DNA of 64,000 nt from Rhynchobatus australiae (lineage: Eukaryota): positions 39,440,683 through 39,504,682 of the forward strand of contig JAUZTB010000002.1 in the NCBI GenBank assembly GCA_034780895.1. The letters run 5' to 3'. The notes beneath the pieces were generated by a model. It worked only from the letters and a program-made list of their open reading frames with translations. It was not told where the DNA came from and searched no databases. Shown here one piece after another: positions 1 through 14,049 of the stretch (position 1 is its first letter; every line of letters starts with the position of its first letter). Both the position numbers and the translations under genes were made by a program.

Positions 1-2110
1 TCATGGGTGATTTCAACTTCCCTAATATTGATTGGCACCTCCTTAGTGTAAAGGGGATAGATGGGACAGAGTTTGTTTGGTGTCCAGGAAGGATTCCTGA
101 CAGTGTATGGACAGGCCAAATAGAGGAGAGGCCTTACTGGGCCTGGTACTAGCAATGAGCTTGATCAGGTTTCAGATCTCTTGGTGGGAGAGCATTCTGG
201 AGACAGTGACCATAACTCCTTGACCTTTACCATAGCCTTGGAGAGGGATAGGAGTAGATGATATGGAAAAGTATTTAATTGGGGGAGTGGGAATTATGAT
301 GCTATTAGGCAGGAACTTGGGAGTGTAAATTGGGAACAGATGTTCTTGGGGAAGTGCACAATGGAAATGTGGTTATTTAGGGAGTACTTGCATGGGGTTC
401 TGGATAGATTTGTCCCACTGAGGCAGGGTAAGGATGGTAGAATGAAGGAACCATGGTTGACAAGAGATGTAGAATATCTTCAAGAGGAAAAAAGCTTACC
501 TAAGGTTTAAAAAGCAAGTATCAGACAGGGCTCTGAAGAGGAACAAGGTAGCCAGGAAAGGGCTTAAGAATGAATGTGCTGGAACTTCTGGAAAACATTA
601 GGATAGATAAGTCACTGGATCTGGATGGGATATATTCGAGATTATTACAGGAAGTGAGGGAAGAGATCGCTACACCTTTGGTGATGATCTTTGCATCCTC
701 ACTGGCTGTAGGAGTGGTGTCAGATGATTGGAGGATGGCAAATGTTGTTCCTTTGTTCAAGAAAGGAAGTAGCAACAACCCTGGGAATTATAGGCCAGTG
801 AGTTTTACTTCCGTGATGGGCAAATTACTGGAGAAGATGCTTGGAGACAGGATTTAGGGAAGCTTAGGCTGATTAGGGACAATCAGCATGGCCTTGAGGG
901 GCAGGTTGTGTCTCATGAACCTGATTGGATTCTTTGAGGATGTGACAAAGGACACTGATGAAGGTAGAGCAGTGGATGTGGTGTACTTGGATTTTAGTAA
1001 AGGGTTTGACAAAGTTCCCCATGGAAGGCTCATTCAGAAGGGATGGGATCCAGGGAAACGTGGTTGTGTGGATTCAGAATTAGCTTCCTCATAGAAGACA
1101 GGGTGGTGGTAGGTGGAGTATATTCTGTCTGGAGGTCGGTGACCAGTGGTGTTCTGCAGGGATCTGTTCTGGGACCCCTGCTCTTTGTGATTTTGTTTTT
1201 ATGAATGACTTGGATGAGGATGTGGAAGGGTGTCAGTAAGTTTGCAGAACATGAAGGTTGGTGGTTGTGGATAGTCTAGAAGGTTGCTGTAGGTTATAAC
1301 AGGACATTGATAGAATGTAAAGCTGGGCTGTGAAGTTGCAGATGGAGTCCAACCTGGAGAAGAGTGAAATGATACTCTTTTGGAAGATTGAATTTGAAGG
1401 CAGAATTCAAGGTTAATGGCAGGACTCTTAGCAGTGTGTAGGAAAAGGGATCTTGGGATTCATGTCCATGGATCCCTCAAGGTTGCCATGCAGGTTGATA
1501 AGGTTGTTAAGAAGCGTATGCTGTGCTGACCTTCATTAGTCAGGGTATTGAGTTCAAGAACCATGAAGTAAGGTTGCAGCTCTATAAAACTGAGACCACA
1601 CTTGGAGTATCATGTTCAGTTCTGGTCACCTCATTAAAGTTTCCACATCCTTCCTATAGTGCAGAGGAGATTATCCAGGTTGTTGCCTGGATTGGAGAGC
1701 ATGTCCTACGAGGATGGGTTGAGTGAGCTGGGGCTTTCTCTTTTGAGCAAAGGATGAGAGGTGACTTGTTAGAGATGTGCAAGGTCGAGTGTACAGTCAG
1801 ACTTTTTCCAGTGTGAAAATGGCTAACACAAGGGGCCATAATTTTAAGGTGATTGGAGGAAGGTATGGGGGAATGTCAGAGGTATGTTATTTTACACAAT
1901 GGTGGGTGTGTGCAATGCACTGCTGGCAGAGGTTGTAGAGGCAGATATATTAGGGACATTTAAGAGACTGTTAAATAGACACATGAATGATAGAAAAATG
2001 GAGGGCTATGTGGGAGAGAAGGGTTAGATCTTANNNNNNNNNNAGATCTTAGAGCAGGATAAAATGTTGGCACAATATCATGGGCTGAAGGGCCTATACT
2101 GTGCTCTAAT
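1..2110 (+). mobile_element. CR1-clade LINE remnant (ORF2 endonuclease end, RT, 3' tail), internally deleted and frameshifted
   Basis: MGDFNFPNIDW at the window start; ORF track shows DWRMANVVPLFKKG...NYRPVS and AVDVVYLDFSKGFDKVPHGRL; typical gggctgaagggcct...tgtgct tail near 2080-2110. Confidence 0.9.
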
Positions 2111-4754
2111 GTCCTATGCAGGCTCTGCACTGCATCCATCTGAGGTCATTACTCTGTATTCAGAAAAAAATTCCCATCCGGAATATAATAATACTACTGA
2201 TCTAATGATATACAAAGGATCAAGGTGCATCTGTAGGGCAGGCAGAAGTGTTACAAGAACCCAGGTTCACTCCTTGAAATTTCTGTCAATAATTTTTCTG
2301 TATTGTGAGATCACTATCCAAATAGACCATACAACTATATATTCTTATCAGTGTCTTGCATTATAATCCATGTTTATGTATTACTTGTAATAATGAAATG
2401 GAACACTTCTTCAGTCAAACTGCTTTAATGTTTGTGGCTGGCTCGCAAAGTGAATGTGTTAAGTTAGCATTGAAGTAGATATATTAGTTATACTGTCTTA
2501 AAAGTTTTTCAAATCAAAATAGTACATGATTTGTGCCTTTTGGTTTGTTGATTATGTGACCCTGTATGGAAACTGTATTTATGCAGCAGATGTTTCTATT
2601 GGCCTGCTGTTGATATTTTCCACTGGACATGAGCTGAGTCTGCCAAAATCAATGTTCCCAAGCATGTTTAGTTATTAAATGCATCTTTCCATGTTCTGAG
2701 GTTGATTCTGACCCCGGGTAATGAGAAGAATGAGTAGGGCAGTTGGATTAGTTTTCGATTTGCTTTGGCAAAGATCCATCAGAGACAATGAATCCCATGT
2801 CCTCTTTCTGTGGTGTAGAAGTCCATTGACTTAGATTTAAAACCATTTATTTGGCTATTACCAATGTCTTTTAGAAATACTTCAAAGCTTTTTTTAGTTA
2901 ACTTTGTACACTGATGGCTACCACAGAACTTCAGTGTTATTAACCAGCTGCTCACTTTCTCCAATGGTATTAACTGAGAAAGGAATGAAAGTTAAAATGC
3001 ATTTTCTTCAGTATACTTAACAGGAATTGGAAAAGAAGCTTTTGTTATGTGTTTTCCTTCACAAGCTTGCAACATAGTGAACCTACTTGAACGCCCGACT
3101 ATAACATAAAATATCCCAAAGAGTAATTTTTTTCATTTTGTGTACTATATCTCATGATAATCCTTTATCCTAGGATCTGTTAGCATGGATATTCAAAATG
3201 TTATATGGTTATGGATTTGATTCATATGGTAGTAAAGATTTGTGAATGGATTCAGGTGGGGTGTTTGAACTCAAAACTAGATTAGACATTATGCTCCATG
3301 GGGCATTAGTTAGGGCATGTATAATTATTGAGATGACTTGATTTCATCACAGTAAGGATAAATTTCAGAAAATTTAGATGAGGTTTAATACCTAGAATCA
3401 AAATCAACGAATAGGTGGTAAAATCCATTTAAAAGTTCTGCAGTATCCAAAGATTATAGGAAACCATGTTTAGCCATGAATTGGTGTTGAAATACAGCAG
3501 GTTGGTTTCCCCAGCTAGACACTGATCCTAAAGGAAATTAAACTATAGATATTACATCTATAATGTGGAAGAGCATAGTACATTTGAGTCCAGAATTGCT
3601 ACTTTTCCACATTCACATTTTCTACCTGTAGAACATTTGCAGATGCTTATGTGTAAGATTTCCATATCACATTCTCAAAACAAAATGCATGAATTGTTAT
3701 GTTTCCTGGATTATCCAGCAAATGGGTAGATATTGGAAAGTAAGAAGCATATGTTAACTTCCTGAGCAGAATTAAATTTAAAATGTAGAATGAATCTAAG
3801 CAAATGGGAAGTTGTGATTAAGCTGTACCACATGTTTTATCTGTCTTACTGTAACTAAACCACATAAAATAGTACAAANNNNNNNNNNTAGTTACAGCAA
3901 TCAATGTTTTGAACAAAGTGTAAATAATTACACTACATTCTCATAACTCTCAACTTCATGGTTTTACTATAAAGCTTGCTTTCCCTGAGGCTTTATTTCC
4001 TCTAATTTGCATTAGTTATTAAATCCTTAAGATAAAATAGATAAAGAATGTTATTTCTTCACAGAAGTTCATAATCCTGTGACATGGTTTCAAACACTTA
4101 AGTTTTCATAATTAACATTTAAAATAGTTTTTAGATGAGCAAGCTTACTATCACTGGTAGGAATATAATGGGGCATGTGCATGAATGCTTGGCTTCTGCA
4201 TGGAGGCCATTGGGCATGCAGAGTGACTCAAACTATATTTCAAGATGATTGAATTAACTGGGGCTCTCTTCTCCAGAAAGAAGGTGGCTGAGGAGCAACC
4301 TGAAAAAGGTGCATTATATAATGGAAGGGTTTGGTGATGTGGAGAAAATATTTCCATCCACAAGAAACCCAAAGACTAGATGCCTATATTATGCATTTAA
4401 AGTACCAGGGTTAATGGAGGAATAAGTCTTGGATGCTTGTACAGGTAAGCAAAGGGAACGAGAAGGCAACATAGGATGCTGTCTTGGTGATAAGGAAATT
4501 CAGAGGTGGGATGATTGTTGATCCACTATGGGCCTTGGAAAAGATAGCATTAAGCTGGACAAGTAGGATCAGAAACAGCTTGGAGACACTAATCCCGAGT
4601 GGTGAAAGAAGAGAATGAGCAAGATTAACTGGCTGCTTAAAAGGAGACACAATACTGTATCTGTGTCTCTTCTAACCCCTGCATGAGAAGGACAGTTCAT
4701 TATGAAATTTTCCAAAGGGGATTGACATGACAATACCTTCATGGATTTATTAAA

Positions 4755-5670
4755 CACTGCTGAAGGAATTCAGCAAGCCAGTCAGCATCCGTGGAGAAAA
4801 GCAGGTGGTCAATGTTTCAGGTCAGGACCCTTCAGGACTGAAGATAGGAAAAGGGGAAGCCCAATATATAGGAGGGAAAAGCAGAGCAGTGATCGGTGGA
4901 CAAAAGAGGGGAGGCACAAGGTCGTGATAGGTAGATGCAGGTATGAGATAGTGATAGGCAGGTGTGGGGGAGGAGGAGAGAGCAGATCCACTGGGGATGG
5001 GTCAGTTAAGGAGGAAAAAGGGGTAGAAGAAAGAGGGGCTAGGAAAGAGAAGAAAAGATGCATAGTTGGTTGTGGGATTACTTAAAGTGGGAGACCAAAT
5101 CCAGACTAGGTGGCTGTCTCGCAGAACATCTGTGCTCTGTCCATAACCATGAACTGCATCTCCCTGTTGCCAGTCAATTCAACTGCCCCTCCCAGACTAT
5201 CACAGATAATCAGTCCTTGGCCTCCTCCACTACCCGGAGAACTTCAAGCACGAACTGGAGGAACAGCACCTCATTTTCTGTCTTGGAACCTTGCAGCCTA
5301 ACTACATGAACATTGAATTATCCCACTTGCCCCACCCCTCTTCCCCACACCATCCATGCCTCTTCCCTTTCCTAACCTCTCTTTCATCTGCCCCCCCTTC
5401 CTCACCTTTGACCCATCCCCCAGTGGATCTGCCTGTCACTATCTCTTAGCTGCATCTACCTATCACCACCCTGTGCCCACCCTCTTCCCCTCTTTTGTCC
5501 ACCTATCACTGCTCTGCTTTTCTCTCCTATACATTGGGCTTCCCCTTTTCCTATCTTCAGTCGTGAAGAAGGGTCCTGACTTGAAACATTGACCGCCTGC
5601 TTTTCTCCACAGATGCTGCCTGGCCTGCTGAGTTTATCATGTTTCTCATCTAGATTGCAACATCTGCAGT
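4755..5670 (+). mobile_element. Penelope-like element remnant: GIY-YIG endonuclease C-terminus plus 3' tail, preceded by an inverted copy of the tail
   Basis: 5085-5320 encodes W/GETKSRLGGCLAEHLCSV..PVASQFN..LEEQHLIFCLGTLQPN; about 4765-5003 is the reverse complement of about 5410-5635 (both ORFs end in LPLFLSSV..KGPDLKH). Confidence 0.8.
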
Positions 5671-7184
5671 CCTTCCCTCATGGATTTGTTACACTTGTCT
5701 AGGGGTATTCTGGAGTCTTTCCTTGGTGGCAGGGAGTTTGTGGTCTTCATGAATCTTGTGCCAACTCTTCTGGAAGCAAAGTAGGCAGAATTTTTGGAGT
5801 AACCTGGTAAATTCCCAAGTCTTGTTTCCTAGACATAGGAGGGGAGTGTGGAAGATTTCATTCTCTATCAGAAAATGAAAAGTGTAAAGAAGTGGCAAAG
5901 AACCCTGTGAGGACAAGATCTTATTTTCTTGTTTCCATTCCACAAATCTGGTTTCCCATTTTGCTTTTCATAATTCAGTTTTCCTGCTTGTTTTGGTAGC
6001 TGGTAAGATTGTTGGATTTATAAGAGATGGGAAGCATAGCATCACAACATAGAAAACATATGACCTCTAGCCCTTGTGTCATTGTGTTCAATGCAATTTC
6101 CATAATTGTGGCATTAAAATTGGTCTATATATAATCAGGAAAGAGAACAGGAAAATGTCTTTCTCTTCTACAGTAGCTTTGCCAGAGAGAGCATGTGTGT
6201 ATGTGCTGTGAGACCTGAAACTGGCTCAGCCATCAGTCTTGCTGTTGCTTTGTGCAGTTGCGCACCAGCATGAAAATATTTGCAATGAGAAATCTTCCAT
6301 GCTTTCTTCTCTTTGACATTGATTATGAAATCAATTAGCCTGTGAAGAGTATATTTTAAAGATGGATATATGGCTACATATTTTCATGCAAAGAAAGGCT
6401 CAGTTAATAGAGTTAAAAATCTGTTAAATCTCAAATTTAATCTTACATTTATGACCCTCATTTTGGACCCTAGTCACTTGGAACAACTTATTGCTAACTA
6501 TTTTGGCCTATCCATTCATACTTGTAAAAACTTTAAATTGTTCTGTAATCTCCTCAGTTTTAAGAAACGTGAACATAATTGCATAGTTCTGCAAGAATTG
6601 TCTGAAAAGAACAATCACATTAGGAGTCAGTCACATTGAGGACAAACTTTCCCACACTCAGTCTTTGTGATCTGAGATATTAAGTGGCTAATGGGCCAAT
6701 GAGGGAAAACTGCTTACTGACTGCCAATTATTACTGAGTTGTGGAATTGTATTTTTGTTGCTCGGCGCCAACTCGATAGGAGTATACGATATNNNNNNNN
6801 NNGTCCATGGGAAACTAAGTTCTCACTTCCATTGCTCTTCCAACAAAAGGTTGGGAAATGAATAAAAGCAGAAAGTGCTGGAGACACCTAGCAAGTCAAG
6901 TAGCATCTGTGGAGAGACTAACAATTATGTTTCAGGACAATGATCTTTTGTTTAAAAACTGATACTGATTCAGTGCTGAGTGTTGCTATTTTGGATTTGA
7001 TCCTTTTTTTCATTTTCCAAATATTGGCAACAATTTCATCTTTCAGTCAAAAATGGATCCAGACCTTGGATGGTAAAAAATTCCCTCGTTGGAGTAATGG
7101 AATGTACCTTCAATATTGCAAGTGAGAAGCCTGAACTACCTGGAAGGTTGACCTTCACATATTGGCAAGTTGCCAGTGCATTTA

Positions 7185-7850
7185 AAGTACTGGAGACACG
7201 AGACTGTAGATGCTGGAACCTGGTGCAACGAACAATCTGCTGGAAGTACTCAGCAGGTTGGNNNNNNNNNGGAAGGGGAGAAGAATTGTCCTCATTTGAG
7301 GTTGAAACTGCGCATCAGGACTGAGTGACGCTAGCCTCCGTAAAAAGCAGAAGACAAGGGGTGAGACATGGGCCAGTAAGTGATTGATGGACCAAGGATA
7401 GATGAGGCATGATGGGCAAATGGAGCCAGGTTGCGTAGGGAAGGGGTGGAGTTGGCAGGTGGATGATGGATGGAGGCAGGCAAAAGAAAGGCAGGTAGTG
7501 TCAGGTGGGTGGAGAAGAAAGTGGAGACAACCAAGTGGGTGATCAGTGAGAAAACAAAGGCTGCTAGTGCTGGAATCTGATAAGGGAGGTAATAATGCAG
7601 GTAATGGGGAACCATTAAAGGAGAGGTATGCAAATAGAACCAGATGGGGGAGGGGTGATCCAGTAGGTAAGCAACAATCTGCTGAAGGAATTCAGCAGCT
7701 CAAGCAGCATCTGTGGATGGAGAAAAATTCAGTGTTTTGGGTCAAAACCCTGTGCCAAGACTGAGGAGATGGAAAATAGCCAGTAGAAAGAGGGGAGGAG
7801 TGATGAGACTGGGGTCAGTCAGTGATTGGTGGAGCAAGGGTAGGTACTAG
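7185..7850 (-). mobile_element. Tandem Penelope-derived tail remnants
   Basis: Two blocks of the ...ctgctggaggaactcagc...cagcatctgtgga... motif with degenerate CTGA..GAAA cores (about 7295-7325 and 7730-7765). Confidence 0.6.
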
Positions 7851-8994
7851 CTACTAAATGGTAGCTCCCACTCAGGAGATGGAATATGTCAGTGTCCCAC
7901 ACTCAAAGCAAGTTTGCTTCACTTGAAATTGAGGTTCATTCTGTTTCCTTTCTGTGGAGATACTTGAGACACTGTTTTTCATGTCTTCCAAGAGTGGTGA
8001 CTGAAAGGACACCATTATTCTGTAATACTGAGCTGGAGCAATACATGATTTCCTTACTGTTGACTTAACAGATGCACCTGTGGCAATGATGCAATCACTG
8101 TAGCACCTTAACTGTAAGGTATTTTCCTCTTGGTGAAACAATGGATGGATCATGGAGAAGCTGCACCTTTACTCCTGATAGGTGTTCCCAGCCAAGTAAG
8201 CTTTATTACAGGAATGTAATTTTGTGACATGATTAAAAATAATCCATCTATTTAAGTATTTTCATGAAATGACATCTCAGATCCTTAAGGTTGAAATGGA
8301 TGTATTTTCAAGTAGAATGATTGCACAGCATCTAGGTACAGAATAAACTGCAATTTACTTAATTGAATCCATCCACCAAGTGGGGGCGGGTTAAGCATTT
8401 ACTCAAAGTTCATTTATCTCTTCAATAACCTATAATTCTCTTGAGCAAAACAATTCTTTGCAATTCCTTACAAGTTATGTAAAGGCAATATTCATATAAA
8501 TTGTAATGTTTCTGAGAAATTTCCTGTTTTAAAGGAGCATTTTAAATTATTACTGGTAAGTAGTTGCTCATTTTTAAGACAAGTGATTTGTAAAATTACT
8601 ATTAATATTAATGAACAATTGCATATGTTCTTAACATTATTGAATGGGTTAATGCCATTAAAACAGTGAAGAATATAATGCAGTAGGTTGTTTCTCCACT
8701 AATCACTGACACTAATTTCCCAGCTCAAAGTATATAGGAAGAAATAACATGAAGTAGAAAAGATGCTCTTTTCCAAGTGGTATATTACCACAATGCTGTT
8801 GTTTCTCTCCAGAGCCATTAAATAGATTCTCTCAGATTAAGTAACCTGTACATTACAAAATATGTAGTTAGAAACTTGCCTTCAAAATACTGTCTGTAAT
8901 CAATACTTTAGCAGGGGCCATAGTTCAGACCCTTCTAGAAAGTAAATCCTGTATACTGTATATTTCAGTTAAGCCAAGTTCTAGAATTGCTGAT

Positions 8995-9265
8995 AGGCCT
9001 CCCAATGCATGACCTCTACCACATGAAAGTAAGGGCAGCAGGTGCATGTGAACACCACCACCTGTGGATTCCCTTCAAATTGTACACCATTCCTGATTTG
9101 AAACTGTCACTGGTTCTTCATTGGGTCTAAATCCTGAAAGCCCCCCTCCAACAGAATTGTGAGAACATCCTTACTGCAGTGGTTCAGAAGGGTTGCTCAC
9201 CAGCTTCTCAAGGGCAGCTGGGGATGGGCAATAGATGATGGCCTTACCAGCAATGTCCATATCCA
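8995..9265 (+). mobile_element. 3' end of a common elasmobranch LINE (CR1/L2 group)
   Basis: gacctctacc...agggcagcaggtgcatg...ggttcagaag...cttctcaagggca...gggatgggcaata resembles a recalled shark LINE tail; related fragments at about 45900-46170. Confidence 0.55.
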
Positions 9266-10449
9266 GGAGAAATGAGCACAATGGTACTGAGTAAGAAAAA
9301 AAACTAGCTTGGCCTTTGCAATGTTGATGACTCGTGAGCCAGCTGGCTGTAACAAAATAGGGTTTGCTGTAATGGCCTCAAGGCATGAATAACTTACTCA
9401 GGCTTGCAGTCTACAAAAAAGCATAAAGAAGGGTCAAATAGTGAGGAAATCTATGGAGGCCTGGAATCACTCATGGGACTATATGAGCCAGTGTTTGGAG
9501 AACAGCTGAAAACAAAAGTATAAACAAACAGAAAAGGTCCTGGGAACACTAAAATATACTGAAAGAGGTGAACACGACTTGAATGTAAAAAAGCTGGACT
9601 GATCTTAAAATGCGAATGACATTTCAAACTCCATTGTTAAGATTATTTGAGCATATCAGGTCAACAAAGGATCAGTGTGCTTGAAGTGTGTTTACAATGT
9701 ACTTCACAATATAAATATTGCTCCAGTTTATTGAAATTGATATGAGGAAGTTTCTGTATCCATGATCTATGTGACATAGTAATTCTTGCCCTAGGCAAGC
9801 AGTTGCCTTCTGGACTCACTGTTTTACAATGACCATTACATGTCACAACTATTTTTACTACTGACAGCCTGTAAGTTGACAGAATTAACTTTATTACAAG
9901 AAACCTGATGTTTTTTAAAAAGCAGTAATATCCCTTCAGTAGATCAACTACTCTAAAATAGTATCTTTCTGCCAAGGCTATCTACACAAAATGTAATTTC
10001 AAAGGTTTATTGCTTTGATGCAACTTTTCTTAAAAGCATTTTGAGGTGATAATTGGTGGATCCTGCATTAAGCCAGAATTGTTGGCTGGTTAATAGAAAT
10101 TTGTTTACTCAGTTAAATTGAATTGAAAAGAGAAATGTAATTAGTCATACAAAAACACAGATTGCTGTCTGGTACTTTCCTAACAGTAAGTGATAGAAAG
10201 CCATCTGTCAAATCAAATTGTGTATATAATCAACATATTAAACATTTTCAAGAGTGTAATGTTTATTCTTGTGGTTGGTCACCATTTAAATGTTCTAAGC
10301 AGTAGAGTATTGACAGTAGGGCAAAACTAAAAATGTCAGTACTGGTCAAATATCAAAGTTGAGTTTATTATATACACAGAACATGTATGCAATGGTGCAA
10401 TAATACAGAAATTAAATTCACAACATTCAGAAGTAAAACATTAAATTAA

Positions 10450-11815
10450 ACATATTTAGAACAATACAGCACCGTATGGGCCCTTTGGCCCATGACATTG
10501 TGCTGATCTGTATAAACACCTACTCCTTGATCAATCTAACACTTCCCTCCTACCAGCCCATAACCCTTCATTTGTCTTGCATCTATGTGCCTATCTCAGA
10601 ACCTTTTAAATTTCCCCATTATATCAGTCTCTACCACCATCCCCAGTAGTATGTTCCAGACACCCACCACTCTGTTTTAAAAAAAAACTACTACTTCTAA
10701 CTGTACTCCTCTAACCTTAAACTGATGTCCTCTGGTATTGGCCATTGCCACCCTGAGGAAAAGCTGCTGGTTGTCCATTCTATCTATGCTCCTCATAATC
10801 TTACACACCTCTATCAAGTTGCCTCTCATCCTGTATTTCTCCAAAGAGAAAAGCCCTAGCTCCCTCAACCTTCTCTCATGAGACATGTTCTCTAATCCAG
10901 GCAGCATCCTGGTAAATATGTTCTGCACCCTCTAAAGCCTCCACATCATTCCTACAATGAGGCAACCAGAACTGAACACAATATTCCTAGTGTGGTCTAA
11001 TCAGAGTTTTATAGAGTTGCAACATTACCTCATGGCTCGTGAACTCAATGCCCTGATTAATGAAGGCCAGCACACCATGTGCTGCTTTAACCACCCTATC
11101 AACCTGCATAGCAACTTTGAGGGATCAATGGACTTGGACCCCAAGATCCCTCTGTTCCTCCACACTGCTGAGAATCCTGCCATTAACCTTGTACTCCACC
11201 TTCAAGTTTGTTCTTCCAAAGAGTGGCACTTCACACTTTTCTGGATTGAACTCCATCTGCCACTTCTCTGCTGAACTCTGCATCCTGTCTATATCTCATT
11301 GTAACCTTCAACAATTTCTACATGATCCACAAAACCTCCAACCTTTGTGCCATCTGCAAACATACTAATCAATCCCTCCACTTCCTCATCCAAGTCATTT
11401 TTAAAAATCACAGAGCAAGGGTCCCAGAGCACATACCTGTGGAACACCACTAGTCACTGACATCCAGGCAGAATGTTCTCCATCTCTACCATCCTCTGCC
11501 TTCTGTTGCCAAGCCAATTTCGAATCCACACAACCAAGTATCCATGGATCCCATGCCTCCAGATTTTCTGGAAAGGCCTACCATGGGGAACCTTATCAAA
11601 TGCCATACTAAAATCCATATACACCACATCAACTACTCTACCTTCATCAATTTGTTCGGCCACCTCTGCAAAATAAAAACTAAATTAGGCTCATGAGACA
11701 TGACCTGCCCCTCACAAAGCCATGTTGACTATCCCTAATATCTGTAAGACTATGCTTCTCTAAATGCTTGTAATTCCCTTCCCTAAGAATCCTCTCCAGT
11801 AGCTTGCTTGTCCAC
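10450..11815 (-). mobile_element. CR1-clade LINE 3' portion (RT and C-terminus), decayed
   Basis: ORF track: VVDVVYMDFSMAFDKVPHGR and FTRMLPGLENMSHERRLRELGLFSLEK. Confidence 0.9.
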
Positions 11816-11869
11816 CATTTAACTTCTTTTTACAGGAAAGAACACAATTGGAACAAAGAAACGAAGTCC

Positions 11870-12480
11870 ACTATAGTGCAATGCGGTCATAGTGTTGCTG
11901 TACTGAGTTATTTATGGTTGTGCAGGCTGGCTCTAGAACCAAATGGCTGTTCTTGAACCTGGTTGTGTGTGGGACTTCAGTCTCCTGCCGAATGGTAGCT
12001 GTGAGAAGATGGTGTGGGGACTTTCGACAATAGATGTTGCCTCCTTGATTCAGTGCCTCCTGTAGATACTCCCAATGGTGGGAAGAGATGTGCCCATGAT
12101 GTATGGTGCTGAGTCCATTACTCTCTGCAGCGTACATTCCTGCACATTCAAATTGCCATACCAGACCATGATGCAACCAGTCAGATATTTTCATTAGTAC
12201 ATCTGTAGTAGTTTTGTTAGTGTTTGGTGGCAAGCTGAACCTCCTTAACCTTCTAAGAAAGTAAAGATGCTGGCGTACCTTCCTTGTGATTGCATCTATG
12301 TGCTGGGCCCAGGACAAGTTATCTGATATGTTGACAGCCATGGATTTGAAGCTGCTGACCCCCTCCACTGCTAATCCACAAATGTAGACTACTGCATGTT
12401 CACCCTTTTTCCCTTTCCTGAAGTCATCAGTTCTTTAGTTTTACTGATGTTGAGTGAGAGGTTGTTGTGGTACCAAATCA
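11870..12480 (-). mobile_element. Rex1/Babar-like LINE 3' remnant
   Basis: VSSFKS..VNISDNLSWAQHIDAITRKVRQHLYFLRRLRRF. Confidence 0.7.
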
Positions 12481-14049
12481 AGTGTCCTATCTTGCTCCTG
12501 CAGAATTTTTGCATTGCTGCAAAAACAGGTTTTGAATACATTTCTGCAAACATACATTTGATCCAAGTTTAGTTGTGAGGATGTGTCCATTAGAAAGCTC
12601 TACAACTGATTAGGGAGGTTCCCTCATTAACAATTCACTGTAAAGTGTATGCACCAATGTCTATTAGAGGTATGCAACAAAAGAGACTGCAGGTTTGGAT
12701 CTGGTAATTCTGATTAGACTTGTTCCTTAAGNNNNNNNNNNNNNNNNNNNNNNNNNNNNNNNNNNNNNNNNNNNNNNNNNNNNNNNNNNNNNNNNNNNNN
12801 NNNNNNNNNNNNNNNNNNNNNNNNNNNNNNNGGATCTGGTAATTCTGATTAGACTTGTTCCTGAAGGTTTGGTTTTGTGACATTGATCATGTAAGATTGG
12901 ATAAGGAGACATTACTTCATGTGCTACATGCCCACAATTTGAAAATGTTAATATAATTTCCTTAAAAAGATTGGGTACTTAATACCAATATTGCTGAAAA
13001 GGGAGTATGCAAACACAATATTCTACTTTTGCCCTGGTAAACCAGGATTTCTGCCATAGAGATTTATCTTCCATGCCAGAAGAATGGGAACAATCCAGGG
13101 ATGTTCATGACCCTACTTATAAAGGCTGCAAATGATATTGTGCAGTCCAGCTATTCAAATTGGCTCAAGGCCATTGTATGAGATCATGGGTCAAAAGGCT
13201 GGGTGAGTTCTGGTGTACAGGCATGACTACTTTCATTCTGCCACAATGCCACTTAGCAAATGGCAGGTGTGTGTTGGGACACCTATGGATGTCCACAGGT
13301 GGCTGGTGTGATTTAAAACTAAGGTGAAGTGACTCTTTGAATAGGATATAGACCACAAAAAAAACCTCATATGAAAACCAATCTGTTATAATAGTTTTGC
13401 TTAAGTTTACTCGAATATTACAAGGGAAATAGGATTTCAGTGATATGGAGAGATTAGGAAAGCTGGAGTTGTTCATGTAGCAGAAAGTTTTAAGGGAGAT
13501 TTTAATGGAAGGGTTCAAAATCATGAATGCCTTTGATGGTGTAGATAAATAGAAACTTTCCAGTAGGGAGAAGGGCAAGTACCTAGAGAACAGAATTAAA
13601 GAATTTGGTAAAAGAATCACAAAGATGATGAGGAGAAATGATTTTTTTCCCTAGTGAGTTGTTAGAAATGGGAGTGCGTGGCCAGAAATGGAGGTGAAAA
13701 TAGGTGGTTCAATACTGGTTGGAGTTTTCCAGGGAAATTTGCTTGCTTGGAAACTGCTGGTATTTCCATGCATCAGATCTCAGTAAATCTGGGACTTCTG
13801 TGCAAGTGAATAGACCTGCCACAGAGAGCTAGCCTTCATTGAAATAAATGGCTTCAAGGAACTCAGGAAAAATGGTTTAGATGTTTGTAATTAATTCTGT
13901 CTGACTTTATTCAGTTTTTAACCATTTTTTTTACTTTTTTAAATGACTAATTTTAATAGCACATGAATATTTATCAGAATTATTCAAAGCTTTTGAGGGA
14001 TAGCCAGGCTAAGAAGGCTGGTACAGTTTCAGTTCAATTGTTTTAGAAT

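Noticed and set aside
12697-12866. Direct repeat ggatctggtaattctgattagacttgttcct on both sides of an N gap
   Set aside because: Typical unmerged contig overlap; a similar case flanks the gap near 2034-2043
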